Assembly (NCBI GenBank): GCA_951406725.2
Contig: OX597816.1
Location: 92,194,001-92,258,000, forward strand
Reading direction: 5' to 3'
Source: Octopus vulgaris
Lineage: Eukaryota
DNA length: 64,000 bases
Shown: positions 1-12,450 of the stretch, piece by piece
How the letters are laid out: each line of letters begins with the position of its first letter
Numbering within the stretch: position 1 is the stretch's first letter
Notes under the pieces: generated by a model
Told to the model about the DNA's origin: nothing
The model's database searches: none
The model's input: only the letters and a program-made list of their open reading frames with translations
Translations under genes and position numbers: made by a program

Positions 1-304
1 CATTGAAGCCAAACAAACAGATATTTTACATATAGAAGGTAAACAAAACTTTGAACAAGTTAAATTCCCTTTAAAATTATATAACTTTATTTGAAACAAA
101 ATGATACGAGCGTTTTCATGGTGTAGACGATAATGTGTATCAAGTGTAATATCATCTGGAGTTTAAATAACGGTAGGCCATGATAGGGAAGTCAATACAG
201 AATTAGACTAGAATTATTCGAATGAAGCTCATAAAACCTCAAAAAATATTTTGTCGCTTAAAACTGCTGCAGATGGAAATCAACACTGTAAGCAAGCCTG
301 TGTT

Positions 305-521
305 TACGATGGGCGCTGAAAAGTTTCTGGATTTAAGGGCATCACAAAAAGCCTGGTTGGAGGCCCAACCTTCTGAGATTTTTTCACTGAGCTTAGAGAA
401 ACCGAAGGACCGCTGCAATAAGTGTGTGAATCTGAGAGCGGGATATGCTGAATAAAATCATAACTGACCTTCCTGTATATTTTTTTGCCCAAAGCCAGGA
501 ACTTTTCAGCATCCAATCGTA
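305..521 (+). mobile_element. Mariner-derived MITE (about 217 bp) retaining the transposase C-terminus
   Basis: Imperfect ~30-bp TIRs: TA-cgatgggcgctgaaaagtttctggattt (305-334) and aaagccaggaacttttcagcatccaatcg-TA (491-521), TA at both ends. The interior encodes AWLEAQPSEIF...LEKPKDRCNKCVNLRAGYAE*, matching the mariner C-terminal pattern RWxKCxxxxGxYxE*. Confidence 0.85.
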
Positions 522-1252
522 TACAGGAAGATTAAACAAAACCATATTTGATTCAAGCAATGGTAATAATTATAAGATTGTTCAGTAAGCTGATTTGCTG
601 CGAACAGGGAAACACTATAACGTTTCATATATCCACCTTTCTTCGGAAAGATATCGAATATATGAGTTTTATCCCCTGAGAAAATAACGAAGTATTGATA
701 TGGAAAGGTCAATGTGGAGGAAGGAGAAAATATCAGAGTAACATGGAACAGCGTTGTGTATAAAATGTACGATGCAATAAGAAGTCATGTCTGAGAGATA
801 AATTGTAAAAGGGAATGTACAGTTTGTTACAAGAACCAGAACAGTAGAGATAGGAGTATGGTGGTTGGGATCAGGTTAAATGAATTGGAAGATAAGTGAA
901 AATGCAAAATAAAAAGAAAACGATGGACATAGGAACACATACTCAATTACGTTGATGAACAGATAAAGGAAGCAACTAAGAGAGGAGAAAGGAAATGGTA
1001 GAGGCGTCTACAAGGTAATTGAGATCTGCAAGAAGTGTTCAATTCCAAAGAAAACAGAAGCTGAGAAGAATATAAAGAATTAAGATTCTGTATAGGATGG
1101 TCAGAATTATGAGGCACAAATGTACTGGGAGTGGTTGGGCAAAAATGTATTGTAGCTTGTAACGAAGATGAGGAGAGAAAGTAGGCTGTAAATGATATAT
1201 AGAATAGTGAACAAGTACAATTAATATAATATTGTACATGCTACATGGCCTA

Positions 1253-1561
1253 GTGGAGGCATGTGGCCTAGTGGTTAGAGCAGCGGACTCGCGGTCGAGG
1301 GATCGGGGGGTTCGAATCTCAGACCGGGCGATGTGTGTGTTTATGACCGAAATACCTAAGCTCCACGCGGCTCCGGCAGAAGGTAATGGCGAACTTCTGC
1401 TGACTCTTTCGCCACAACTTTGTCTTTCTCTCTTTCCTCCTGCATCTAGCAGCTCACCTGCGACGGGCCGGCGTTTCGTCCAGGTAGGGAACCTATACAC
1501 CAATGAAACTGGGAAACAGGCCCTTATGAGCCAGGCATGGCTCAAGAAGGAACAAACCACA
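1253..1561 (+). mobile_element. tRNA-derived SINE (family C) with V-domain-like 3' segment
   Basis: Pol III A box tggcctagtgg (1264-1274) and B box ggttcgaatc (1309-1318). tgcgacgggccggcgtttcgtccagg resembles the V-SINE domain. Candidate TSD tacatgctaca (1235-1245) / tacatgttaca (1562-1572). Related head at 57386. Confidence 0.85.
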
Positions 1562-4500
1562 TACATGTTACACATAGTGTATGCTGTCACATAGATCAAA
1601 GAATTTGTGGGTTGCGGAACTGACAGCATAAGAAGTAACAATATACAGAAGTTATAATGAAAGTAAATAGGAGGACTCTAGAAAAAAGGAAAATAAGTTG
1701 TTGAGAGGAGGAAAGGTTGGTATCTTTGACACTGTGTGGAAGGGCTAGAATGAAGGACGATATACGTTGATAGATGCGGGGGAAACCTAAGCGAAGAATT
1801 AGTCGATTTATGAAAGGGTTGTTGTTTTAAGATTGATTAACTTGTAGAAGTAATGGCGAATGCTTTATGCAAAAGATATATTGACGTGTCTAAATGTTAG
1901 AGTTGTTGAACTGAATTATAATCAATAGCTTTCTCATTTTCACAAACCCGTCTATGTACAGACACAGAGTATCTAAGACTACAGTGTCCAATGTGCTATT
2001 CCTGTTTTAAGACGATTGTGAGTGTTACTATTTTTAACCAGTCGAAAGGCCGAGTAGAGGTTATTAAAATGGCTAGTTTCGATTTTCTGGTTGATCGATT
2101 TAAATGTTCTTACGAACTAAATCATATGTTAGTTTTGCTCTTGTTTGTCGAAACATATTTACCTGCAATCACACCGAGGAGATAAAATTATAAGACAGGT
2201 ATTCCATCAGGAACGGGCAGACAAGTAAGGAAACATTTTTCACAGCAGTGAACAAAATGTACGTTTGATTTACGAGGCCTAGTAAGTCGAATACGTCAAT
2301 TCCCCTGTGATTTCATTGCGTTCATGTCATTCATTATGTTACCATGACCTACATACATTTTTATATTAACTTCAATCGATTTTAAGTTACTATGGCACCA
2401 ATCATTACTATATCATTTGTGTTGTATTCATAATGTCTTTTTCAATACATCCACAAAAAATCTAATCCTGATAAAGAAAATTACTTCTTACAACTTGTTT
2501 ATCACGTCTCACAATTTGTTTATTTTCTTGAGCTTCAAAGTTGTTCGTATTCACCAAGAGACAAGGAAAATGAGTTATACCTCATCTAATTTGCCGACAA
2601 AATATGACAAATGTAATGATAGTTATATTAAGAAATCTAGTATCGTACAAAATAGGATTTTGTTCGCGAATAAAGATTTAGTTGACGTCAGTAACTGTTT
2701 TCGACAAGTTATAGAGAAGAATTTCAGCATATCAGATTACAGCAAGGTTATTGGGACTGCGGGGCATTTGCTGTTGATTTGATAATGGTTTGAACGATTT
2801 CACAATCTCAGGAGTTTCTAACTTTTCACTTAAAAATATTCTTCATACTTTTAATGGTCTTTACATATGTACAAATATGTACACACACAACACAAACACA
2901 TACATTTAGACAACCATCACCTTTTTTCGCTATCACTACACTGCTGAATCCCCGTATTTTACTATTGTACCCCACTTTTAGCTCCACATTGACGGCTTTT
3001 CCATTTCCAGTCTTTGGCTTTCATTTCTTGCTTGCTCTCGCTCTCTATTACAATATATTTCAATTTCTTTACTTTTATCATATTGATTTCGCTTGGATCT
3101 TCACACAACACACTCTCACTCTTTCACATACTTTTCTTTTATTTGTTTTTCTATTACTAATACTATAAACATCTTTTTCACATCTCTTTATCGTTCTCCC
3201 ACAATCTCAAAATGAACGTGGAGGGTGACAGAAAGTTTTAGTAAAAGACCAGATTAATGCAGAGCAGACATATTGGATAATTTTCGTTAATTTAAGGGGT
3301 AAAACAAATATCATGGATGAGAGTTCAAACACGGGAGCCGCCAAGACATTCTCTTTTCAAATTCCTCTTGAATATAGGCGCAAAAATATCGCATACGTTT
3401 ACGGCATAGCCATAGATTCTGAAACCGGACATATTCTTAGAAGACTCCAAATGATCTTGTGACTATGAATGCACAATTGTGACACCCAAAATCTCTGGGG
3501 GCTCTGAGTAAGACAATGTAGAAATAGGGAGGTGTTTCGAAAACTTCAAAGTGATTCCCTCAAAATAAAATTCCCGAAATCCGTGTTTGCCTTAAATCTT
3601 TATCATTTTAGACAAAATTTTTGATTCTTCATGATGAAAACCAGCATGAAAGTCTAACTTCACAGAGATCCATACCAACAATTTGTTTCAAGTTAGAGAT
3701 AAAGAATTAATTGCAGTATGGACATAGTGTCTTAAACAACAGATGGTTTGATATTGTAGATGTTCCTTAACCAGCAACATCGGAACACAAGCGGATGGGT
3801 AAAACATATTTGGGTTAATAGAGTCAAATGGCAGCTACTTCAGGAAATTGTCATAACTAGAAATCAATATATACTATTGTGAATCAGGAAAACAGTAATC
3901 TACTATGATGCAGAATTTTAAAATCTATTGGAATATTCAAATCTACTGCCACATAACTATGGAAAGGAATCCTAATAATACTGCTGTGTGTTTGTGTATG
4001 TGTGTGTATGTATGTATATGTGTATGTATGTGTATGTGTTTTTGTCCTCGCCTGTATTAGTGTGTGAGAACTAGCCCCATGAAGAAGTGCGTTTTGTCTG
4101 TCGCAACTGATTAAATTGATTGAAAGGAATAATGGATAGCAAGTATGTACATGCACATATAATACACAGGAATACACATACACGCTTACACACGCACACA
4201 CACACACTCACAACCATATATAAATAAATATATAATCATTGAAAATATGAACTCATGTAAGTGAGTGTATATTAAAATAGAAATGTTAATAATATAAATT
4301 GATATAATCATTTGGAATATTCACGAAAATCGTTGGACCAATGGACTGGTTGATTTTACAAGAACGACTGTTATTAATTGCAAATGTCATGTGTCTATTC
4401 AATTAACATACACATACCCACGTTCAACTTCATCATTATAGGACAATTATCACAGTTTGGAAACTTATTATTTACATCATTGCGAGACATACTCAGTTCC

Positions 4501-4775
4501 TGTCTGTAGGATATCCTGGCAACGTGAACATACCTTTTTTATGTCTATTATTTGCATGAAATCTGTTGCCTCCATTTATGTTATCTGTTTATTAAATAAC
4601 TAGTATACCCGTGTTGTCAAAGATGCGGAGAGTTTTATTAACGATAGAAAATGCACATCAAAACAATGGGATAAACCTGTGATAAATGTCAGTAATCGAA
4701 TAAATATATGTATATACATAGATATAAAGCACTTGAACAATCAGATGCGGTTGTAACATCGCCGTTGAAAATATT

Positions 4776-5154
4776 GTGTCTGGTAAAAAAACTTGCTTCC
4801 TAACCACGTGAATCCGGGTCCAGTCCCACTGCGCGGCATCTTGGGCAAGTGTTGTCTACTGCAGCCTCAAGCCAACTAAATCCTTGCGAGAGGACTTGGT
4901 GGACGGAAACTGAAAGAAGCCTGTCGTATATATATTTATATATGTATGTATGCGTTCTTGTGTCTGTTTGTCCCACTTGACAATCGATGTTAGTGTTCTA
5001 CATCCCCGTAACTTAGCCGTTCCGAAAAAGAGACCCATAGAATAAGTACTAGGCTTCCAAAGAATAAGACCTGGGGTCAATTTGTTCGACTAAAGGCGGT
5101 TTTCCAGCATGGCCGCAGTCAAATGACTGGAACAAGTAAAAGCGTAAAAGAGTA
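4776..5154 (+). mobile_element. tRNA-derived SINE family A (octopus OR-type, CORE-like cttgggcaagtg motif)
   Basis: Aligns end to end with copies at 7111, 22931(-), 42570, 47409 and 63765(-). Internal (TA/TG)n tract; tail gactg(a/g)aacaagtaaaag. Confidence 0.85.
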
Positions 5155-5246
5155 TTCGTTATGTCGCTCAATTCTGGATTGAATTAAATGAAATTGAATG
5201 CCCTTGTCCTGCATTGCCTTCTTGTCTACCTTTCCTCACTACTTTA

Positions 5247-5263
5247 ATCTATCTATCTGTCTG

Positions 5264-5332
<69 letters not shown>

Positions 5333-5446
5333 ATGTCTGTCTGTTTTCCTATCTGTCTGTTTTCCTGTCTGTCTATTTGCCTGTCTGTCTGTATGTCTAT
5401 CTATCTATATAAAATGTGTAAATATTTAAATAAATGTTCATACAGA

Positions 5447-5519
<73 letters not shown>
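5247..5519. repeat. Compound microsatellite (TCTA)n/(TCTG)n followed by (TTA)n, the latter being the LINE tail
   Basis: Directly visible; explains the IYLS, poly-Y and poly-L ORFs at 5198-5757. Confidence 0.97.
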
Positions 5520-6952
5520 GCTTTGCAGAGCTCCTAACGCTGGGGATGTAATACGGTGTCAGCTGTTCACTACCAGTGAACACCTCTTATTTTTCGTGTA
5601 CCTTCCGGAGTATTCGAGCGGTTCCAGGCAGTGCTGTTTTCTGCAAGTGCTCCACCCTTATTGCAGCCCCTATTTTGTTCCATGTACTTTTCGAGATTTT
5701 CATCCACTGTTTCCAGGGCTCCGACAATTATTGGAACCACTACCACCTTTTTCATAGACCACAACTGCTTTACCTCCCAAGCTAACCTGCCATACCTATA
5801 GACTTTTCTTTCTTCCTTATCGTATACCATGTTGTCAGCTGGGCATGCTATATCTATGATCCAGCATAGTTTGTTTTCTTTCTCAATTAAGGCTATGTCT
5901 GGTTTCCTTTTCTCTATCTCATGGTCGCACTGAATCATAAAATCCCACAGGATCTTTGAGTTATCATTTTCGATGATGCCTTCGGGTTTGTGGTCGTACC
6001 AATGTTTTTTTCTGTCAAGTCCATACTTGTTGCAAGGCGTCCGATGGAGAAGCCTTCCTATATTGTCGTGGCGTTTCTTATATTCCTTCTGGGCCAGTGG
6101 CGTACATTGGCTGGTAATATGCCTTACGTTTTCACCATTTTGTCAATAGATTCTGCACTTACCACATTCTGATGTGTTGTCTGATCTGTATTTTATGTAG
6201 TTTGTTGTTAGTACATGCTCTTGGGCAGCACAGATTCGAGCCTCCGTTTCCGGTTTTAAATAATTTTAATCATTCACAGCCATCTTTATTTCTCTGTCTG
6301 TCTTATCTTCAACATCCCTATGAAATTGTCCCTGGATTCTTTTCTTTACCCACCTATTTTCATTTTCATTCGTTTTCAATTGCCTGTACAGTGCTTTATC
6401 TTTGCAATCTTTAATCCTGCACAAGCCTGACCTTCTTACTTCTAATAATAGCGGTTCTGTGACATATTTTTAGATACCATGCAATGTTGTTTTCTTCCGC
6501 TCTAATGCCGTGTTCGCATCCAATAAGTCCTCTTCTCCCTCTTATCTTGGTGCACATAGCCTGCCTGTGTCACTTTTTGGGTGACACAGTTAGCAACTTC
6601 CTTGTCCTCCTGTCTAAGCTGTTTAGTTCGTTCACTATCCATGCGATTACCCCTGCTCCATATCTAAGGAGTGACACTTCCCAGGTGTTGATAGCTTCAA
6701 TCTTATTCCGTCCGTTTAATTTCGACTTAAGGATCAGTCTCAGTCTGCGCAAGTATTTCGCCTTAAATTTTACTGTAATTTCTTTCTCCATCAATTCATC
6801 CATTTCCAAAATCCTCAAGTACTTATAGCCCGTCTATCTGCTTCATAACATCTCTCGACGGTATCGTTAGCCCATCCATACATTTGATTTTGCCTCTCAG
6901 TCCGAACTCCATTCTAATATCAGCACTGAAAGTATACACCTTATCAACGAGA
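5520..6952 (-). mobile_element. 5'-truncated, frameshifted R4/Dong-type RLE non-LTR retrotransposon (family Dong-A)
   Basis: RT thumb YLRRLRLILKSKLNGRNKIEAINTW, zinc-knuckle remnant ...HITSQCTPLAQKEYKKRHDNI, RLE domain WDFMIQCDHEIEKRKPDIALIEK...IIDIACP...VVPIIVGAL, short 3' UTR, then (TAA)n tail on the minus strand. Confidence 0.92.
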
Positions 6953-7037
6953 GAACTCAGACCGTAAGGACGGACGAAATGCCGCTAAGCATTTTGCCCG
7001 GCGTGCTAACTCATTATTCTGCCAGCTCGCCACCTTT
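6953..7037 (-). mobile_element. 5' head fragment of SINE family B, fused to the truncated Dong-A
   Basis: Matches the head of the full copy at 45509-45741 (aaggcggcgagctggcaga...gagttc) and stops inside the B box. Confidence 0.8.
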
Positions 7038-7110
7038 AGTTATGATGATAATAATAATAATAACAACCAGTTCACTAGTTTAATAAAGAAAATCGTAAAC
7101 AAAAGCATCA

Positions 7111-7516
7111 TAGGCGTAGGAGTAGCTGGGTGGTAAGTAGTTTGCTTACATGGTTCCGGGTTCAGTCCCACTGCGTGGCACCTTGGGCAAGTGTCTTCTA
7201 CTATAGCCTCGGGCCGACCAAAGCCTTGTGAGTGGATTTGGTAGACGGAAACTGAAAGAAGCATGTCGTATATGTGTATATATATGTATGTGTATGTATA
7301 TGCTTGTAAGTCTGTGTTTGTCCCCCCACCCACCCAACATCGCTTGACAACCGATGCTAGTGTGTTTACGTTCCCGTAACGTAGCCGTTCGGCAAAGGAG
7401 ACCGATAGAATAAGTACTAGGCTTACAAAGAATAAGTCCTGGGGTCGATTTGCTCGACTAAAGGCGGTGCTCCAGCATAGCCACAGTCAAATGACTGAAA
7501 CAAGTAAAAGAGTAAA
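7111..7516 (+). mobile_element. SINE family A, near full length
   Basis: taggcgtaggagt...ggtaag head, ggttcagtccc B-box-like motif, ccttgggcaagtg, internal TA/TG tract, tail gactgaaacaagtaaaagagtaaa. Confidence 0.9.
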
Positions 7517-7619
7517 TATATCAGGTATAATTAATTTATAGCATCCACCTAGGTGAGCTGAAACTAGGTGGAACTAAAACAGTCGCAGACCTGGCATTTT
7601 GAACTTACCGTCATAAAGC

Positions 7620-8640
7620 TGATATACATAGGACATATTTACCATGAACATAAGAAAATGATTGACCTGAGGTAAATAATGAAATATTACAAAGTAACTA
7701 CAGTGGGTGTAGAAAAATACATAGAAGCAAGTAAATGTAGACTGTATAAGGGGAGAAAATAGCTATTATTTTTCCTTTCTGTGAGGGACATGAGCACAAA
7801 CTAGAAGCTAATCACAGCGAGATAATTACTAAACATTACCAGTGAAACCCAAAAAGATAGCATTGAAGTGGAATTAAAAAGAGAGATACAAAAGAAAAAA
7901 TACAGAAAAATCTCCATGCTCAATATCCGGCAAGACTGGACAGTGATGAAGTGATTCAATATGAAAGACAACACTAGTTCAAAGGCTTTGGAGTAAAAAG
8001 CAGAAAGGAAAAAAAGTCTAATTTTAGCTGCAGCAGATCAATGCTTAAATACAATAACCAAAAACTATCAAAGTAAAATAAAACAGAAGGTAATGTCAAT
8101 TTCAGGCTATAGAACCAATTTAAAGAAACAATCAATCACCTAATTTCTGGCTACCCAATCCTTGTAAAGACAGAATATATCCACAGATATAAAGAGGTAG
8201 GTATTTATATTCGCTGCAGACGCTTTCACATAGAAAAAAGCAACAACTGAGAACAAGTGATAGATTCGGTATGTGCTTATGGTATAGTAATGATAGTCTG
8301 GAACATAACTTCCCAGGATCAAAGCAAACTCCCATACGTTATAATAGAAAGAAAACAACAACAAAAGCCATGCATTCTGATGGATATTTTGTTCGATTCC
8401 TTCAAACCCTCCATTGAGAATGATGCTAAAAAGCAACAACAGTACAAATATCTTGGAATGATGATAGCAAAAATGCGAGATATGAAAGGAAAAACCGGAT
8501 CCAATATTAATTAGTGCAATGTGTATGATAAAATATAAAGAACATGACCAAAATATAACCTCAGTATCAGGTCTTTACTCACAGTGCAAAAATATTAAAT
8601 TTGATTCTACGCAAAGTGGTTACATAACTAACACAACTTG
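7620..8640 (+). mobile_element. Highly decayed R4/Dong-type LINE 3' region
   Basis: Residual motifs LILAAADQCLNT and KETINHLISGYPILVKTEYIHRY (cf. ETINHIASGCPVLAKKEYIHRH in the 25.8-kb copy), and KQQQYKYLGMMIAKM near the RLE end; many stops and frameshifts. Confidence 0.7.
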
Positions 8641-9241
8641 CAAAGAACATGCTTTATATAATAATTCCCTCGATACGTTATAGATTTTACAATAAACGAG
8701 AATTAGATGAAAGCAACACAGCAAGAACAAAAAAAAAAAAAGAAAAAATCCCACAAAATGCAAATTGACTGTGAAACGACTTCGGTTTTTCAGAGATATG
8801 TATTTTATCGACCTTGGCTGGATTTGTTGCAGAGGTAACCGTACAGTGATTTAAGAGGTATCCAAATGTAGTAAGGCAATATTGCTCGGTGCACTATTGA
8901 TTATGTCATTCACTATCCTGTTAATATTATCACTCATAACATTTTTCATTGAGCTACTAAACCTGCCGTTCTACGTTCAAATAATAAGTAAAATAATTAT
9001 TTCCAATATAGAGACGAGGCTTAAAATTTGCGGGTGTGTGTTTATTCGATGATATCGATGAGCAGCTAACTGAGTTAAGTAGATGATGGTGAACAACATA
9101 AGACTGCTCTCTGCATGATGATGATGATGATGATGAGGATGATGATGATATTATAAAAACTAGATCACTGGCTGGAACCTATAGCAACAATAAAACTAAT
9201 ATTAATTATTGTTTCTAATATTAGTGCAAGGATTCAGATTA

Positions 9242-9273
<32 letters not shown>

Positions 9274-9316
9274 AGAGAGAGAGAGAGAGAGAGAGGGAAA
9301 GAGAGAGGGAGAGAGA
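9242..9316. repeat. (GA)n microsatellite; a (GAT)n tract lies nearby at 9114-9149
   Basis: Directly visible. Confidence 0.95.
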
Positions 9317-9459
9317 ACAGTCGAATAGATCGATCTCAGTATATGGTTAGTATATAAAAGGCAGGAGAGATAAATAAATAAACACCTCTATTGCAATTAA
9401 TCTAAAATTGCTTGTCAGAAAACTTTCGAGTGATTTTCAGCCATAATGACTTAACTACT

Positions 9460-9925
9460 CTTGGAATATCTGTACCTTTCATAGACTAAAGAGTAATGGA
9501 AAATATGCGCACAAACCGTTCTTATACACTTCTGTGGGACACATTATACACGTGACCTGAGCTTCCCCAAAATGTCATCAAGGTACGACCTCCCACTACG
9601 GCAGGATTGTTAGAATAACATTATAATGCCATCCATATAAAATACTCCCTCGGGATAAATATAGGCAATGCCCCTGTATTGAATACCTACATATAAACTC
9701 AAGGAATATTGGTGAAACATTTCCATCAAAACTTCATGAAATTTAATCATAACGTGATAGAGTTATTTGGCACAAGTCAATAAAAAAAAGAAAGAAATAA
9801 AAGCAATTACGTGCAGCAACGAAGGTCAGTTGCCCTGAAGATGAGCACAATTTTTCAAAACCAATGTTTATGAACGGTTGCCTCGAAATCTTCACCTTTT
9901 CTATCCTGATTACAACATCATGTGG
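9460..9925 (+). mobile_element. Decayed RLE non-LTR retrotransposon C-terminal fragment (second lineage, copy 1)
   Basis: FPKMSSRYDLPLRQD (9563-9607), KEYW*NISIKTS, KVSCPED and NVYERLPRNLHLFYPDY resemble the RLE-LINE motifs CPKMSSRYYLPxRHD / WWNxxIKT / EVSCPAD / YGxLLRNLQLLYPDY. Confidence 0.65.
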
Positions 9926-9999
9926 GTGGAATTAATATCCTCAAGAAACACTCATTTCCTGATGACCTTCTGTATGAACTCAAAAGTGCAGGACAAACA

Positions 10000-10750
10000 G
10001 GGTTCGGCAAAGACTCGATTGGAAAACCACACATTAGTTATGCAAGGGAATGTTTCCTATAAATTTGAGGATGATGATAATATGACCATTGGCTTGTCAA
10101 AATTTGAATGTTACACATCTGTAATCGAAGAGCATGTGATAGCTCTGAAATACCGAATGGACACACAAGAGATAGAAGCCCTTAAATTCTCAAAATACAA
10201 TTGCAGATGACGGTCATTTCACTCTTCTGTGGAAAACACAAGACATGTAGTGAGTAGTCACCGAGGTACTACATCTCATCGCAACATAAAATTGCAGTCA
10301 AAACAACAACTGCGAAGCAATATACAATGCTATCCGCAGAAAAGGCTACTCTTGGATGAATGTAAACAACACCACTACAACTTAATACGTTCATAGATAT
10401 ATCGGTGGAACATTTACCTAAAATATTGTACGAAGTCCAAGCATAACATGCATGGTATAATTATTTGGGATAGAAAAGAAAAAAAGTCATGTTTAGTCAT
10501 CTACCCTGCAGATGTGATCAAAAATCAACGGAAAGAAGAATATTTATGGACAACTGCTTTGAAACCCGCAGCTCTTGTACTTTGATTATAAATTCACATT
10601 TATGCCAGTAAGTATTGGCGCACTTAGTTATATTTGTAAATATCTTAATTGCATCTAGAAAAGCTAGGATTCTCGAGCCAAGAAAGAGACCGTCTAACAC
10701 GCACTTCGTTAGAAATCAGCTACTAGATTCTAGAAAGAATTCTAATAAAT
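10000..10750 (+). mobile_element. Decayed RLE non-LTR retrotransposon C-terminal fragment (second lineage, copy 2)
   Basis: SKFECYTSVIEEHVIALKY, HSSVENTRHVVSS, KSKHNMHGIIIWDRKEKK, IYGQLL*NPQLLYFDYKFTFMPVSIGAL. Confidence 0.7.
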
Positions 10751-11469
10751 AAAAAGTGAAGTCATACATACAGCATAAATATTTCTTTGTAAACCAGCAG
10801 GCATGAAATATTAAGACGTCATTTTACACTTACGATATATGTAATATATGCTAGGTAACGAATACATACACACATACATATATACACAACAAGTAAATAC
10901 CTATATTTAAACGTATACATCTATGCATATATACAGACTGACGGTCATCTATAACAAGCATGTATACACATAGCGGTGTACGTTAGTATAAGCACGTTAC
11001 AAATGTGGGTACGATATACGATATAGATAACAGATAGTTATCATTTCTCTTGCTATATATATATATATTTCTATGTATGTGTTTGAGTGTGTGTTTGTGT
11101 TTGTGGGTGTGCATGTGTGTGTGTGTGCTTGTGTGTGTATGTGCATGCGCGCGCACGTGTATGTTTGTGTGTATTTATATGTTTATAAATAAGACGAAGC
11201 AGTCGCAGAGTATGTAAATTCTGATGCAATCGGAGTGATTCAAAAGTTGGGAATTTAGTTTCTGCCGACAGAGGTTGGTCAAATGCCAACATGAAGGTTA
11301 CGCGAGTAGAAATGGGAGACAATTTGATACATTTCCTATCAATATAGGACAACAACCACCATGATAACGGCATGGAAGGAAATATTTGCGCCCAGTTTAT
11401 CTGTCTTCCTGTTTGTCTGTGTGTCTGTCTATGTATTGAAAAGTAAGCATCTACACTCATGTTTTCCTC

Positions 11470-11990
11470 TCACAAGCTACGGATGCGTCTCAGTTACGCA
11501 AACACAGTAACAGAGTATATATAGGCCCAAATACTTTCATAGGATATTGGATCAACCACTGATATCTGTGGCTATTAACATCACATACTTAAGAGATGCA
11601 TCTTATTCGCCGTGGAATAAAACACTTGCCTGCTTTAGCTCCTTCGTTAAATTTTTCCATCCTCCTCTGTTGTCTACTTAAACTCTGATATTTCTTGACA
11701 TCTATGGCACTTTCAATACTACCCACATTCCTGTCGCCGTATAATATAAACCAATCGAGCTTGCCTTTTTGTTTCGCATATTTTTATTTATCAAGCACAA
11801 TTTCAGCTCGCCATTTTCTTTTAATTTATTGCATTGTCTACATTCGAGTTCCTCTTTAGATTTGCAGGAACGTGCCTTTTGCATGTGGTTATTCTTGCTC
11901 ATCTTTAAGCCTGAACTATCAGCAGAACCACGGCACTATATACACACAGAGGCCAACTCCATTTACCATGTCTGTTCTTTTATCTACATC
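11470..11990 (-). mobile_element. Possible very old RTE-type LINE fragment
   Basis: Only weak remnants: a Cys-rich ARSCKSKEELECRQC stretch followed by GSIESAI and RWKNL/MEKFNE-like segments. Heavily degraded. Confidence 0.3.
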
Positions 11991-12284
11991 TCTATTATTT
12001 TATAATAAATATTTTATAAAATAAATTTATTAAATAAACCCTGTTTATTTTATAAGTTTAAAAGATAAACCCTGTAACCTCTCGCATTCTAGATTCTGTG
12101 CTAGAAACTGTTTTTGTTTTGTCCTAAATTCTCTCTTGTCTTTGTCAAAGGGTAAAAAACACATATGCAACTTATTGGACAGAAATTCTTGCCAGTCCTT
12201 GTAACAGCAGTTCCTAATTCCATGCTACTGTCAACTTTATGTACATTTCCTTTGTATGAACCGAAGGAGAATCCTTTACGTGGT

Positions 12285-12450
12285 CCCTAGAAATAGGAAC
12301 TGATTTGCCCCAAATTCATCGTACTGTTTTTAAAGCATAAAAGATGCATTGGGCTATGTAGAACATAGATTAGAAAATGTCCAAATCGTCACAGTTAGAA
12401 ATCATTTTATCATAGGCCAATTGTATCAAAGAAAATCAAGTAATCAACAA
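12285..12450 (+). repeat. Old dispersed repeat family D (SINE-like); other diverged copies at about 19340-19505, 20935-21112, 45400-45800 (interrupted), 47990-48085 and 48895-49050
   Basis: Shared skeleton ctagaaatagcag...caaa...aaaa-rich...gatcatag(g)tc...aacaacaac across the copies; high divergence. Confidence 0.6.

Noticed and set aside
1253-1330. tRNA gene
   Set aside because: A and B boxes are present, but there is no clean acceptor stem or Pol III terminator and it continues into a SINE body shared with 57386.
1039-1641. 200-aa and 120-aa ORFs
   Set aside because: They span the GC-rich SINE; no recognisable domain.
680-1930. Purine-skewed region suggestive of an antisense Penelope N-terminal region (similar at 14220-14900)
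   Set aside because: Only compositional resemblance and one weak LPLS-like motif; not enough to call.
3230-3880. Possible Tc1/mariner relic (IESNGSYF-like end)
   Set aside because: No TIRs or catalytic motifs recoverable.
5198-5757. Low-complexity ORFs here and at 15572-15978, 16991-17400, 27759-28022, 28987-29612, 32053-32734, 39665-40078, 56754-57118 and 57800-58031
   Set aside because: Translations of microsatellites, not genes.
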